Shown here: positions 30,091 through 43,618 of the stretch, in pieces
Layout of the letters: each line of letters begins with the position of its first letter
Position numbering within the stretch: position 1 is the stretch's first letter
Assembly: GCA_964016885.1 (NCBI GenBank)
Contig: CAXHJY010000967.1
Coordinates: forward strand, 135,354-199,353
Reading direction: 5' to 3'
Length of the DNA: 64,000 bases
From: Eledone cirrhosa
Taxonomy: Eukaryota
The notes under the pieces: model-generated
Seen by the model: the letters and a program-made list of their open reading frames with translations, nothing else
Database searches by the model: none
Told to the model about the DNA's origin: nothing
Position numbers and translations under genes: made by a program

Positions 30091-30330
30091 CATTGAGTGT
30101 TCTGTGATTGCCTCAAAACAAATCAAATTGTACATGCTATATATATATATAGATAGATATCTTTCTTTATTTGCCACAGGGGCGTACAAAAATGGGACAT
30201 TACAAGACGTGATGGCGTCTTGTAATGTCACATTTTTGTATACCCCTGTGGCAAATAAAGAAAGATATCTATCTATATATATAGCAAGTACAATTTGATT
30301 TGTTTTGAAGCAATCACAGAACACTCAATG
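30091..30330. repeat. Fold-back palindrome, ~115-119-nt arms with a 6-nt spacer
   Basis: cattgagtgttctgtg...tacaagacg-tgatgg-cgtcttgta...cacagaacactcaatg, with about 5 mismatches plus a TA-tract length difference. Confidence 0.95.
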
Positions 30331-30332
30331 TT

Positions 30333-30363
<31 letters not shown>

Positions 30364-31234
30364 GAAACCAGTAAAAGAATAATCTTAATATGTAGAAACA
30401 AAATAGTGTGTTGAGAGAAATGTATATATAAGTGAGATGCAGGCCAACAGCCCATTGACACACCCAATAGAAGCGAGATGCAGGCCCCTTGCCCATTTGA
30501 GAAGCCAGTAGCTTTACATGAATACTGACCGAGTCTGTGACTTTACTACCAAGGAAAACAGATGTTAAATGATAATTGTTTCTTTTTTGGCATAAGGCCA
30601 GCAAGTATCCCAGTTCATTACTGGTACTTTATTTTATCAACCCCGTAAGGATGAAAAGCAAAGTTAACCTCGGCAGGATTTGAACTCAGACTGTAAAGGG
30701 CCGTAACTCTATGCCGAAAGCATGGTGTCCGACCCTCTATTGATACTGCCAATCCACCGCCAGTTAAATGATAATGTTGATGATCATCATATGCTGGCTT
30801 TGCCATCAGAAGCAATCAGTTCTCAAGTTCTGTTGCATGTCTATCATTTAATATAATAATAATTGTTTCTACGTTAGGCACAAGGCCAGCAATTACCCAG
30901 TGCATTACTGGTACTTTATTTTATCGACCCCATAAGGATGAAAGGCAAAGTTAACCTTGGCGGGATTTGAACTCAATATAATAATAATGATCTTGTAACT
31001 TTTTATAAAATCTAAGTTGGCTATCTCTTATTTGCTCTCTTTCTCCCACTCTCACTATTTATTTATTTCTAACTCTTACATCTTTACTAATAAATCCTCG
31101 CTTCCTGTTCCTCATAAATGTTCTGCTGAGAGAGAAAGGGAGAGATGATGCATAACAGAATACAATTTTTATGACCAGCAAGATAGAGACTGAGAGAAGA
31201 AAAGCAGAGAGTTTGATATATCAAGTACTAGAAA

Positions 31235-31293
<59 letters not shown>

Positions 31294-31398
31294 CGGGAGA
31301 TGCATGGAAAGAGAGATTGAAAAGATGTAGAAAGTGGTTTATTTAACATTTGAACCAGCATTAAATTAACTTTGTTGTTCAGACAACAGTCATATTTC

Positions 31399-31455
<57 letters not shown>

Positions 31456-31459
31456 CAGC

Positions 31460-32140
31460 ATCATCATCATTTTTATGCCTGCTTTTCCATGCTTGCATGT
31501 GTTGGATAAGTTCTTCTCAGCATAGCATCTTTCAACTTGTCGCGTTCCTTCGTCATCTCCGCTACCAGTGTTAGTGATTTGAGGCCCACTCTCACAACCT
31601 CTTCCCAGGTCTTTCTTGGTCGTCCTCTACTGCGGCGTCCTTCCACTGGGATTTCCTGACATTTCTTCACCTATCGGTCATTGTCCATACCAACAGTCTT
31701 CTCTCCTGCACACCATATCGGATTCCCCTTAAGCCCAGCTTCTCTCTCAGTCTAAGCTCTGCCTTTCTCTCACATTTACATTGCACATATGACTATACAA
31801 GGTTGCGTCATTTTTCTCCAGACTACACATATCCTCTGCAGTCACAGCCCATGTTTCACTACCATGCAGCATTGTGCACCTCACACAGGTGTCATACAGC
31901 CTTCTCGTTGTACGTAGGGAATAACCTTATATTGTCAGCAATGGGAGTAGTTCTCTAAACCTCTTCTATTCTGTTCTAAATCTAGCTATTATACTCTCAG
32001 TGCATCCTCCTCTGCTGTTAATTAGGTCACCTAGATAACAGAAGCTGTCGACCACTTCTATGGATCCTCCGTGACTGGAAAAGGTTTATATCATTAGACG
32101 TCTTCCTCTCGATTTCCCCTGTGCAAAGTTGATGGAAGCT
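31460..32140 (-). mobile_element. Decayed RTE LINE 3' fragment
   Basis: GRRSRGRPRKTWEEVV, a GSIEVVDSFCYLGD-like segment and a (GAT)n tail. Confidence 0.85.
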
Positions 32141-32419
32141 ATGGAGTAGGAAGATCCATAAGACTTGGGATAAGGTAATAAAAGCTGACCTTGCACAATT
32201 GTACCTCTCAAAGGCAATGGCACAGGACCAGGATCTCTGAGTACAGGCTGAAGCATACATATAATATTCACCTCCAGCCTCCCTTCCAGAACAGTCTGAA
32301 ACATACATCTGGTATGTACCTCCATCACCTTCATCCCCACTTCCACACACTTTCCATGTCCTAACACTCCGGCCCTCACACACACCCATACACCCACCTC
32401 CCTAATCCCCATTAAAACC

Positions 32420-33430
32420 GCCAGCCCACACTGTAAAATGATCGTGATGGAGACACAACAAAAAGTGCACAGCTCACACTGTTAGGTGGTTGTGTAGCAC
32501 AACAAAAAGCACCCAGTACTCACTGTAAATGTGGTTAGTATCAGCCATAGAAAAGAAGCCAAAATCGGTTCTGTATGAGCAAAACATGGTCGTCCGACCC
32601 CAACTTGCCTCATATAGGACAACCCGTCTAACTCATGCTAGCTTGGAAAATGAACGTTAAACGGTGATGATGATATATATGTCATATCATCATCATTATT
32701 TAATACCTGTTTTCCATCTAGCAAGAGTTTTGCTATACATATAGACTGGCAATATGCAATACTGGACTCACCTACCAGCATAAAAACATTACCTTGTCAA
32801 ATTCCACTACATCTATCATAGATATGACATATTTTCTTACCTCTTCTTTCCCTGCCACACCCATCATATGCCCATGGCAATACACTTGTTATCCTCCACA
32901 CATATTGTCCCTTACCAGTGACATACTTCCTTCCTCACACTCCCCATTCAGTAGGGAGGGTTTTTCAGTTGAGTCAATAATCAGCAACCTCCCTAGTACT
33001 GGTGTCACAATAAAATGCATCCATTACACTCTGTAAAGTGGTTGGTGTTAGGGAAGGCTTCCAGCCATAGAATCCATGCCAAAGAGTTGAGAAGATCCTT
33101 CTGTCGTGAGTCATGACATCACTAGAGAGGTTGCCGTGTCATGAATATTGACACAGGAACCTCTCTAGTGCTGGTGACACAAAAATGTACCCAATACACC
33201 CTAGAAGATGATTGGTGATAGGAAAGGCATCCAACTAAAGAAGCCATGCAAAAAATGGGTTGAGAAGTCTTGAGGCACATCAATGACATGACAACCTCCC
33301 TAGTGCTGGTACCAAAATGAAATACAATTGGTGTACTCAGTCCATATGAGAGGTCAATAGCTCTGATGAAGTACTGACATGGTGTGTGACAACCCATCCA
33401 ACCCTTGCTAGAAGGAAAAATGATGAAGAT
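32420..33430. repeat. Cluster of RTE-3'UTR-related short repeats (similar pieces near 7345-7800, 8410-8740, 27905-28258, 28434-28600, 39200-39800 and 46140-46500)
   Basis: The motifs cactgtaaagtggttgg, ggaagggcatccagc and acccatgctagcatggaa recur, with (GAT)n tails shared with the RTE 3'UTR. Confidence 0.65.
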
Positions 33431-33739
33431 TATATATATATTATTACTGAACCTCTATCACTTCCAACAAGTGCTCCAATTGATTCAATCAATGGAACAG
33501 CTTGCTGGTGAAATTAACATGTAAATCGCTTAGCATTCTACAGACACGTGCACTTTTAACAGTTCTCAGGGAGAGTCAATGTAACAAGGATGGTCCATTT
33601 AATTACAGATACAACTAATTTTTGCGAGTAGAGTGGACTGGAGCAAAATGAAATAAAGTGCCTTGTTCAAAGACACAATGCACCTCCCACTCCAGGAATC
33701 AAACTCGTGACTTTACGATTTCTCATATGATTTGTACTT

Positions 33740-34500
33740 CTGCTTTGAAGAAGCTTAGCAACTGATCTAAGCTGAAATTTGTCTGGCTCTAAAGAGAAAG
33801 CCTAACCTTTGAAATTTGAATTTGGCAATGCAGATAAATGTAAGACCACAGTAAGTGAACATCAGAGATTTTGAAGGCCTTTTATCTGTATACTGTCCAT
33901 GGTTATTAAAGTGGGTATAATGCAAGACTGTTTCGTTGATATTTAATGAGATTGTGTTTTGTAAAAACAAGATTATCATGCTCTACTGAAGGTTTTGGAT
34001 ATCTTTATTTACAGAAGTTATGCATCTCTAGATTAAAACATGTAGGTTTCACATGGATGATGCATGTCTACAGAAGTTTGAGGTATGAAGAGTATCATAT
34101 GCAAAGAAGTGTGTATAGTTAGAAGTAACTGCAAGCAAGTCATTATTGTATATAGGAAAGAGTACAGAAGACATAACTGAACCCAGAATACATCAGGTTG
34201 ATAGAGTGTGGTCCAAGAGAGTTTTATTAATACAGGTTGTGATGCAGCAGTCCGACAAGAAGCTTCCAACTGAAGGAAGGTTAAAAACAATCAAACACTT
34301 CACTGATTCCAAGGGCAACAGCATTGCTTTTACCAAAATACTTTAGATCGAGAGACCAGAGGTGAGAAAGTCTGGTTGATCCAGCTCTACAGAAACCATA
34401 CTAGTTATTAATGAGAAGGGAAAAAGACTCCTGGTGATAAATGAGATGATTGATTGCAACAGTTTTCAATACTGCTAAAATCTTATTTCTTATTTTAATA
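33740..34500 (-). mobile_element. Heavily decayed APE-type LINE RT fragment (Jockey/CR1-like)
   Basis: Eroded DISKAFD-like and GSVMSSVLFL-like segments in broken frames. Confidence 0.45.
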
Positions 34501-36955
34501 AATGAAAAGCTACGGCAAATGACCTACTAAGAAAATTATATATGTAGTTCCAAATCCTGATATAATCCCAAACTTAATGTTAACTATTTTGTATTTGCTT
34601 GGCTATAACTCTCCTCTTCCTCCTTTATTGTTTTACATGAGTTACTTATGACAAAATGGAATCCTATATAGGTGAAAATTTGTATAATCATTTATCACCA
34701 CAGAGTTAAAAAGTTAATATCAATCTTATGAACTCATAGTTTATACAAGCAGATATAGCGAATATTCCACTTTTACACTACTAATAGATTATGTTCCTTT
34801 CTTTCAGTTTGTAAAAAACATATTTTTTTAATATAATATATGACAATAACAAGTAGATTCTGTGGGTTTGAATCAAGTTGTTATGAACTGTTTACAGCTG
34901 AAATTAAACTTCTCGTGAAAGCATACCAACGTTCTTTAGTTTACATTATCTAATTTGAAGTGATTAATAGAGCCTCATCCAACAATTAATATTATAACGA
35001 ATGGGATCCAATAAATAACCAGGTAATAACGAGGAGAAAATAGATCAAAATACACCTTAGGAGAGTATATGAAAGCTAAACAACAAGGTAATTATAAACT
35101 AGAACGACAGATCATTTCCTTCGAACTTTCAGACACTATTAGATTCATGAATAAACAAAATGCTCAGTAAACAGCTACTACCGTCCTTAAAACATCACCC
35201 CGAGAAAATAAGTTTATGGGTGGAATATCAACATCATAGTGGTCAGCTTCAGCTAAATGAAAAACACGTTAATGGTCTCTTACTAGATGTTTTACTATTT
35301 GTTACTACGATTAAAGTTGAAATGAGACTTCTCACGGTGGATGAAAAAGACTTATGAGATGTTCAAGTAGCTTCGCATAATTGAAGCTAACGAAAGAAAA
35401 ACACCTAGACTGTTTATTATCATACAAGTATTATTATTGTTTTTTTTTTAATATCAGTTTTTATAGGATAGGCATGGTTTATTTATTGAATAGAAAGTCT
35501 ACAAAATACTAGGGGAGGACATTAAACTAGAGGTGTAGAGTCGCTCCCCTTGATTGGAGCAGTCGCCATTTGTAAATACGCGTTGAGCAAGCTAACTAGA
35601 CTAATCACACACAATGCAAGAGCAACAACAAAACATAATAAAATAAAAAAAGGACAAATTAGGAAAAAAAAAAGAAAAACTCAAAGACAACTAAAAGAGA
35701 GAAGAGAAACAAAAGATAAACATAAAGTTCCCACTGTCCCCTCCCACATCAAAGCCACGGCACTATCACAGCAAATGTCTCCAAGTTGTGTAGCATAAAC
35801 TATAAGGCAAATCATTTATGGTCAGTCACTTACATTCTGGTAAGATCACACATTCAGACACGCAGCCAGACATATGGTTACTATGTGAGGAATCAGATCA
35901 TTCAACTTTAGTTCTCATAAACAATACAAGACATTTCGTTTGAAAACAACTCGAAACCAACAATTAAAAAAAAATTAGGGCAGCTTTTAAAAAGTTATTT
36001 TGTAACAAAGAAAGAATCCTTCGCAAACAATAGGATAAGGTGATTAATTACAACAGGTTAGATTCATTTTAAATTTATTTTTCTTTAATTTTCATTTTTT
36101 TAAAAGCTTTATATTTCGAATATTAGAGCCCATTTTAAAAATATAATTACTAGATGTTTATAAATGGGGGATAATGATATTTTATATCTCAAATATTAAT
36201 TAATGAAGTGGGGAAGTATAATTTTCCACAGTCAATACACCGATTCCTCACTTGGTGACCAGTGTGTTGGTGCATAAATGTATGTCCACACCCACATCAA
36301 TAGGCACGGTAAAACCAAGAGGCCGCTTAAATCGCCGAAGAGTTCTGTAAACGAAAGATTGGGAGCCACTAGGACCACCAACCGTTGTTTGCAGGAATTA
36401 AAAGAGATGATGATGATAGTATTAGTAGAAATAGTAGTAGTGGTGGTGATGGAAATAATAATACAAAAGTAGCATGTTAACAGTTTAAGACATCAATGAA
36501 TGTATTCATTGAATGGTGATGATGATGATGATGTCTGAAGCTAAACAATCATGATGGGCAAAATCTCCAATAAACAAGGATTAGATGAATACAGCAAGTG
36601 GTGGAAGTTCTAACAAGTCTTCTCACATTAAAAGACTTCCAGAAGTTGTGACCAACTTAATACAAAATTTCCCATCGAGTTATGGCTATTATCATTATTA
36701 ATTCATTAATACTATTATGAGAGGTTAGAGGGGGGGATGCTGATGATTGATAGAGAACTAAAGAAATAAACAGCAGGGGAATTAACAGAAAATAATTACT
36801 GCTGCTGCTAATAGAGAATTATAGAGAAGGTGGCGATGGTGGGGATGGATTTTTTTTTTCTCCCCAAAACCTCATTCGTACCGTGCCGTACAGTTTATAC
36901 TCATGAGAATCACATTGGGTTTTTAAATAAACAAAAATCAAACAAAAAAACTTAC

Positions 36956-37088
36956 GCCGACTGGGTCTCCGAGGACCGGAAGATGAGCCGGGGTCAAAAT
37001 TCCTTGCTCGATCCCTTTCTCTGGAACTATTTTCCTCTATCAATCTCCGTTCCAGTTGGTTCAGCTTGTTTTGTATTGAAGTGGACAT
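36956..37088 (-). CDS. MAP2K7: First coding exon of a MAP kinase kinase 7 (MKK7/hemipterous)-like gene; downstream exons not recognised in this window
   Basis: The ATG lies in CAAC-ATG context. The 133-nt exon encodes MSTSIQNKLNQLERRLIEENSSRERDRARNFDPGSSSGPRRPSR plus 1 nt and ends at a canonical donor C|GTAAGT. By eye this resembles the human MKK7 N-terminus (MAASSLEQKLSRLEAKLKQENREARRRIDLNLDISPQRPRP), which from memory also ends exon 1 in phase 1 at the equivalent place. The region is locally CpG-rich. Confidence 0.75.
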
Positions 37089-37100
37089 GTTGAAGCGCGG

Positions 37101-37110
37101 GTCACATGAC
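37101..37110. promoter_or_regulatory. E-box/M-box-like near-palindrome GTCACATGAC (GTCATGTGAC on minus), 12 nt upstream of the MKK7-like ATG
   Basis: Matches the USF/MiT-TFE consensus GTCAYGTGAC in a CpG-containing 5' region; function untested. Confidence 0.35.
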
Positions 37111-38199
37111 CGTAGCATACAAATATAGCAACATATTCAGAGCCACAGATTAAAGTTGTTACTACCCCCCCCCCTCACCCTAATGTTTTTAACCATATAT
37201 TTTTAATAAAGAATTTTATATTTGGATGACACAAAACAATATATATATATATATATATATATTATATTTATATTTACATAGTAATATGACTGAGAATTAA
37301 GAAATAATCAAATTGTTGTTTATATACAAGTAAGGAATGCCGAGGGAGTTTTTCTTTTTTAATCTGTATGTACTCTATGTGGATTAATGGGATTTATATT
37401 AAACGCGTAGTTTTGAGATTTTGGTCCATTTAGAAAATTAGAATTAAATTAATAGCAAAAATTAGTTTAATGTAAAGTTTATCCCAACTACTATATGTGT
37501 GTTTTTATATGTATTTGTTAATCTGGGGCTGAAGGAACAGAACTTAGAACATTTTAGGCCTTTCTAGCCTACAGGATTGAAAGTTGTGATCAATATTGAG
37601 AGTGGAATGAATGAGGTTTTTCTACATTTACTATTCAGAATCAATTGAGTAAAACTAATAGAGGAACTTAAACTATGTAAGATTAGTGAACTTTGTCTTT
37701 CATCCCTCCGAGGTCGATAAAATATAATCTCAGTTAAGTATTGGGGGGGGGGTCGATATAAACGACTCACCCCTTCCCTCTAAAATTGTTGGCCTTGTGC
37801 CTAAATAAGAAACTATTTATGCTTATTAATATTTGGTAGGGCGCTGTGGTTACCAATCAGGAACAATTTGTGCCGTTTTGGCAATTGATGTTGCGAGATA
37901 AATTAAAAAGATTAGTTAGTACAAGTAACATTTAGAGATAACAAGATAGTGCGGTTACTGGCGAGTGTGATCTGTGTCCGTGACCAGATTCAATTCTCAG
38001 CTGAGATGATTTTGTGTGCATGTGGATTTTATCACATATAAATATCTGCTATAAAAGTAAATGTTTGCTACATGATAGGTACGTTATATAGTGTTATAGT
38101 TAAAATACGAAACGGCTGTTATGAATAAACTCCTCTTTATAAAGCAATATTTACATACATATACAGTAACATAGGTGTGTGTGTAAATATATATATGTT

Positions 38200-38570
38200 G
38201 GAGGTGGGGGACGTGATGAGAATGGAGGACTGTAAGTTACCCAAACAACTGTTTATGGTGAGCTGAGGGATGGCAAACATCGACCTGATAAACCCAAGAT
38301 GCTGTTCAAGGACTGTGTGAAAACATCTTTGATAAAAGCTGGCATTTCCGATGGAGATTGGAAAGAAGCTGCCAATGGTCGAACTCGGTGGAGAGAAACT
38401 CTATATAAGTACACTTTAAAACAACCCGAAGAAATTATGAAAGGTTAAAAAGGGATGTGAGGAAGGTCTTGAAAAAGAAACTGCCAGGAAGTGTGGGAGA
38501 GCCTGCCTCAGCAAAGCTGGATTAAAGAGTCACAAAAGGAGCTATGTAAAAAGGGCTGGTGCAGATTATA
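38200..38570 (+). mobile_element. 3' fragment of a second, BovB-like RTE family (another decayed piece at about 58960-59520)
   Basis: RWGHVMRMEDCKLPKQLFYGEL...KPKMLFKDCVK and a C-terminal CGRACLSKAGLKSH zinc-finger remnant. Confidence 0.7.
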
Positions 38571-39849
38571 TTGGTGCGTATAGTATAACAACCTGCCATT
38601 AATATAATTGTTTCTACTTTAGACACAAGGCCAACAATTATCCAGTACATTACTGGTACTTTATTTTATTGACTAAGTCTGCCAATCACCAGGAGGCCTG
38701 AAGCAATACATGGCAACCCATTCCTGCTGTCAAAAGCCATGTCTGTAACATCTGTGCTAGAGAATGTTGGCCTAAATAGTCACAGCCATGCTATACACGC
38801 AGTCTTTGAAAATTCAAGCCATAACTATACTCGAGCCCAAGGTGGCTGCCATCATATATAGATATATGTGTGTGTCCCCTTCTGCTAGCATTTTCCAGCA
38901 GCTATCCCCACCACCATTGCACCCCTACCTATGTTCCCTCCAGTGCCACTCCTTAGCTACTACCCCCTCTTATGCATCTTAGCAGCTACTCTTCCTATCT
39001 CCTGTACACCCCCTCCGCTATCACCCCTATTACACCCCACCTACACACTATTGATCACATTATCCGCACACACACACCAATATATCCCCTCACCCTATAA
39101 ACAATCAGTCACCTCATCCCCTTGCCAAATCACTACATACACCTATAACTTCATACCTATCTTCCTCCCATGTCACCTGTCCGTTCCCCACACACAGAGC
39201 AGAGAGAGCTCTTCAGTGGGGACTATAGCCAATAACCTTTCTAGTGATGGTGGCAAGAAAATACACCATGTACACCACCCGAGGTGGTTGGCAACAGGAA
39301 GGGCATCCCACTGTAGAAACCATGTCTAAAAGAGTTGGGAGGATTCCTCAGTTATGTCAATTGCACAACAACCTCTCAAATGTTGGTGATCTACTGGGGT
39401 GATGAAAATATATATATGTTGGAGTAAAAGAAAAATATAGGAGGATCAGTTAATTATAATTTTATTCAACATGTTCCCAGATTCACACACTTATTGCAGC
39501 TGTCCTACCTTCCCTGTAAAGGTAACAGCTCCATCCTTTCCTGATACCCTTAAGCCAAGAAATTTTCAGCACCATGTTACACAATAAATGCATCCAGTAC
39601 ATGCTGTAAAGTGGTTGGAAATAGGATAGGCATCCAGCCGTAGAAAGCTTGCCAAACAAAAGGTGAGGTCCCTCCAGTTGAGTCAAAAACATGACAACTT
39701 TAGTGCTGGTGTCACAATAAAATGCACTTGGTAGAACATGGAACATATGTAAACCAGATGTGAACCCTTGGTCAGATTAGTACAGACTTAGTCTGTGAAG
39801 ACCCGTCCAATCCTTGCATATTTCAGTAACTTGCAGCTATAATAGCCTG

Positions 39850-41700
39850 GAGATCAGTCAGAGATGACCTGTGCGAAACACTAAACTCTGTCCAGCTCAG
39901 AGTGGGAGTCAAATGTGGATGTTAGGCAACTGCCCATGTGGCCAGGCACTACATATAGCACATGTCCCCTTTGTTACCTTGCCTCCTAGTGAGGCTAGAC
40001 ATGAAAATCGCTTTCAGCAGCATTAGGCTGCATCACATTTTTAAGATGTATCTAAGAGCTGTTCCATCGTTACTTCCCCTTACCTCTCCTATGCACAAAC
40101 AGATCATCTCTGCCACAGGTGTCCACTCAGCCCACTCCTCTTTGTGCTGGCTGTTGATGATATTGCCCACTCAGTCCACTTATTCTTCAATTGGTACTTG
40201 AAAAACATGATGCTAGGTGGCTCAATTGAGTGTGTTGTTGAGGACCTTCAGAAAGTTATCCCAGCCCTAAAGCTCCTAGGACTTAAAATCAACCCGTCCA
40301 AGTCTGAGGTCGTAAATGTGGGCTACAGCAAAGCTGAATTCCAAGACACTATATACAGCCTGTCCTGACTGGGGTTCGGCTAATGCTGTAAGACACTGTC
40401 TACATTCTCAGCTCTCCAATCCTCCCAAAAACCATATGGAGACCAAGCATGCAGACCTGACAAAGATGAATAAGAAATTGTGCTACATTGATGTGCACCT
40501 AGTACTATTCCTCCTGATGAACTGCTTTGCTCTCCCTAAACTCCTTTTCATGTTGCACGGTACACCTTGTTACCCTTTTGCAGATTGCCTCATCAAATTT
40601 GTTGCCACCATTTGATGCTGTGCTGTACTCATTTGCAATGTTAGCTTCGACAGTGACAGCTGGCAAAGCTCCTGGGAAATTCTGTGGCATTGACTTCTGA
40701 TCCTCTTCAGACCTGGCATTGCCAGCTTATCTCTCCTCAATCTCCTCCAGTCAAACTCTCATCAGCAAGGTCCTCCGCAAGACAACAGAACCTGACATAG
40801 CCCAGGAACTGGAGTCAGCTCTGACCAATTGGAGCAACAAAGGCTCGCCGTCCTCCAGTATACCAAAGTCAAATGTAACTGGGACGACATCATGTGCAGT
40901 TCTTCCTGAGTATGCCTTGGACCAACACTGTCTCGCATACTGCTTTTCTGCCTCGCAACCAAACTGGCGTGTGGCTCAATTCAGTGCTCTCCTCATTAAC
41001 TGGTACCCTTCTTGATGAGTACACTCACATTGGAGTAGCCCAGCACTTCAGCTTCCACATGTGCTAGCAATACAAATGCTGTTGTGGAGCTATTGTTGAT
41101 GAGTTCAGCATGCACTTGCTATTATGCCAACTTAGCACAGGCCAGTTACCCCGACACACCACTCTGAATGACATCATCAAGAGGAGCCTTGATGCAGTCA
41201 GCTTCCCGTCACAACTGGAACCTAATGGCCTTGACCATGGTGATTGTAAGCACCTCAACAAATAATCCTCTTCGCATTCAAGGGAGGTAAATCCCTAATC
41301 TAGGATGCAACATGTGACTCATTATCTGATTCCAACCTTGTTGCTTCAGCCACAAACCTAGGAGGCACCACTGACCCCAATGCAGAGGAGAGGAAGATAA
41401 CTAAATACTGGGGCTTGACTGACCACTTCCTTCTCATACTGGTTACCGTCATGACCTCTGGTATCCTTGGTCCCTGCACTGCCGATTTCACCCCACCCCA
41501 TGGGACTCCTTCCATGGGGTGGGGTGGGGGGCTATTGCAGCAGGTCTCACTGGCCATTCTCTGGCAATGCCTTTGCCATTATGTCAGCAGGGCACAGCTG
41601 AATCATGGTTCAATCAGAGGTGTAGAGTCTGGCCCTCTCACCCCTCTCCATTTCTTTCGTTGCTTAATTCTCTTTTTTCTATTTTTTTTGCTTCATTTAA
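39850..41700 (+). mobile_element. Decayed CRE-clade (RLE-endonuclease) non-LTR retrotransposon
   Basis: Remnants of QLGVG, LDMKIAFSS, WYL, GLKINPSKSE, FALPKLLFML, ALPAYLSS, CCCG..D..MHLLLC, RHTTLNDII, EPNGL, DATC and a SLAI..GNA C-terminus. Confidence 0.75.
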
Positions 41701-43618
41701 ATAGTATTATTTTATAATTGTAAATATTATTGAATAAATTGTTAAAGTATTGTGTTATTTATGTGAAACTGAAGTAATTACATTTTAGAAGATAGCTATT
41801 TAAGAACACACAAAAGCCACTGTGGTACTGTGGTCAGATGTTGCCATTCTTATCTGAATACTGCCCTTTGTGGCACTGACTCTTCAGCCTGTCCTAACCA
41901 TTGTACCAAAGCAGTACCTCACTATACTGCTAGCATCACACCTTTCTCCAATTTGGGAGCACTTCTTCAAACATGGCCTTCATTCTGCAGCAGTCTTTCT
42001 CCACAATCCAATTTCTACTCAGCTTATACACAACTCTAAAGAAGTGACTCACGTTCCACTTGACAAGCATATTTTTAGGCAACTCTGAATAAAATGCAGC
42101 ATTGTTGTCCATCCAGGAATATTTCGTTCAGCATCTCTGGAAACTCCATACCAATTTCCCTCCCTATTGCTATCCACCTTAGTCTGCAGTCAATCATTAA
42201 GAGATACACCCCTTGCTGAAAGTGTTCTACATTTACTGCCAACCCTTTCTAGTTGTCTTTTACCCCTATCTTCCCAGTCTTATGCACTGTTGGTAGAGGG
42301 TTGAAGGCCTGACATATGTCACAGCTCCTGACCATCTTTCAAATGTTCTCTCTGTGACATTTGAGTCAACTTTCCTGGTTAAAAATTGGGTCCTATCCAC
42401 TCCCTTATCGCATGCTGTGCTTCTCCTTAACTCTGGATACCCAACCAACACACTATAGCCACCATCCTCATAGAAACCTCAAGTACACCCAACCAATTAT
42501 ATATATTCTTACCTAAGTACCTCACTAGGAAGATGGAATTAGTGGTGCCTTTGACGAGCTAAAAACCAAACTGCATCTCACTAAGATTAATTTTGTCCCT
42601 AATCAATTTTGCTATCACTTTCTGTAACCTTCAGAACCCGATCCAATAATTTGATGCCATTGTAATTACCTCTCTCTAGTGCATCTCCTTTTCCATTATA
42701 ACAGTTTACAATTTATGTTACTACCTGGTTACTATTCAAGTGACTAGCCTGTGTCATGCTTCACTTGATAGTTTCACAATCTCAGCAACTGCCTTCTCTT
42801 CCTTCATATATCCTTAATCACTTTATTTATCATACTGTTGCCAACTTTAATAACTGGTCCCTCAGTTGAGTCTACTTGCGGTAGACCCTCATTTTCCATA
42901 CATTCTTCTCATTCAGCCAACTCTTGTAATAAATCTTTCCAGTATCTGTAAGGCTAAGTGAACTGCTGTTATTCCTTGCACTATTCTCCTTATGATGTAT
43001 TGGTTCTCTCTTGTACACTTGTAAAATATATATATGGGATAACAAGTTATCATTTTAGGTAATCCAGTTAGAGGTTGCCAGTACTCTGTATGGATAGTTT
43101 TAACGTACGGCGTTGTTTGACTCAACAAGAGGTTTCCTTAGTTAGGTAGCGAGTTTGCGAGAATTCCCATGCAGGTCATTCTTGGAGTAATAGTAGTGAA
43201 AGAGTGAAGAATAACATGGTCGGCTGTACAAAAAGGGTTTTATTTACAGTATTAACAATTGTTTCATTGATCAGGTGAGTCTAAAGGCCGCTGATCACTC
43301 GAAATTGTGTCACTCGACCTTAAATACAGTGTGCGTTTCTGATCAAATCATCAGAATACTGGAGTACTGGAGGGTATAACACATGGCATTGGAGAAATCA
43401 AGTGAATGAAAACAATAACATCAATAATAAAAGATAATAAACAATAATAAAAGTATAAAGAAGTTAAAATGAAAATGATATGTATAAATATATATAGATA
43501 TGTTTCTTTATTAACCACAGGGGCACGAAAGAAGGGGACAAATACAAAGGGAGAAGTTTACATACAATAAAAACGTGTAAAATACTATGACAAATGCAAT
43601 TTAAAAGATAGATAGATA

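Noticed and set aside
43322-43360. CTGATGA-tttgatca-GAAA on the minus strand (hammerhead-like)
   Set aside because: Stem II is barely formed and stem I does not pair.
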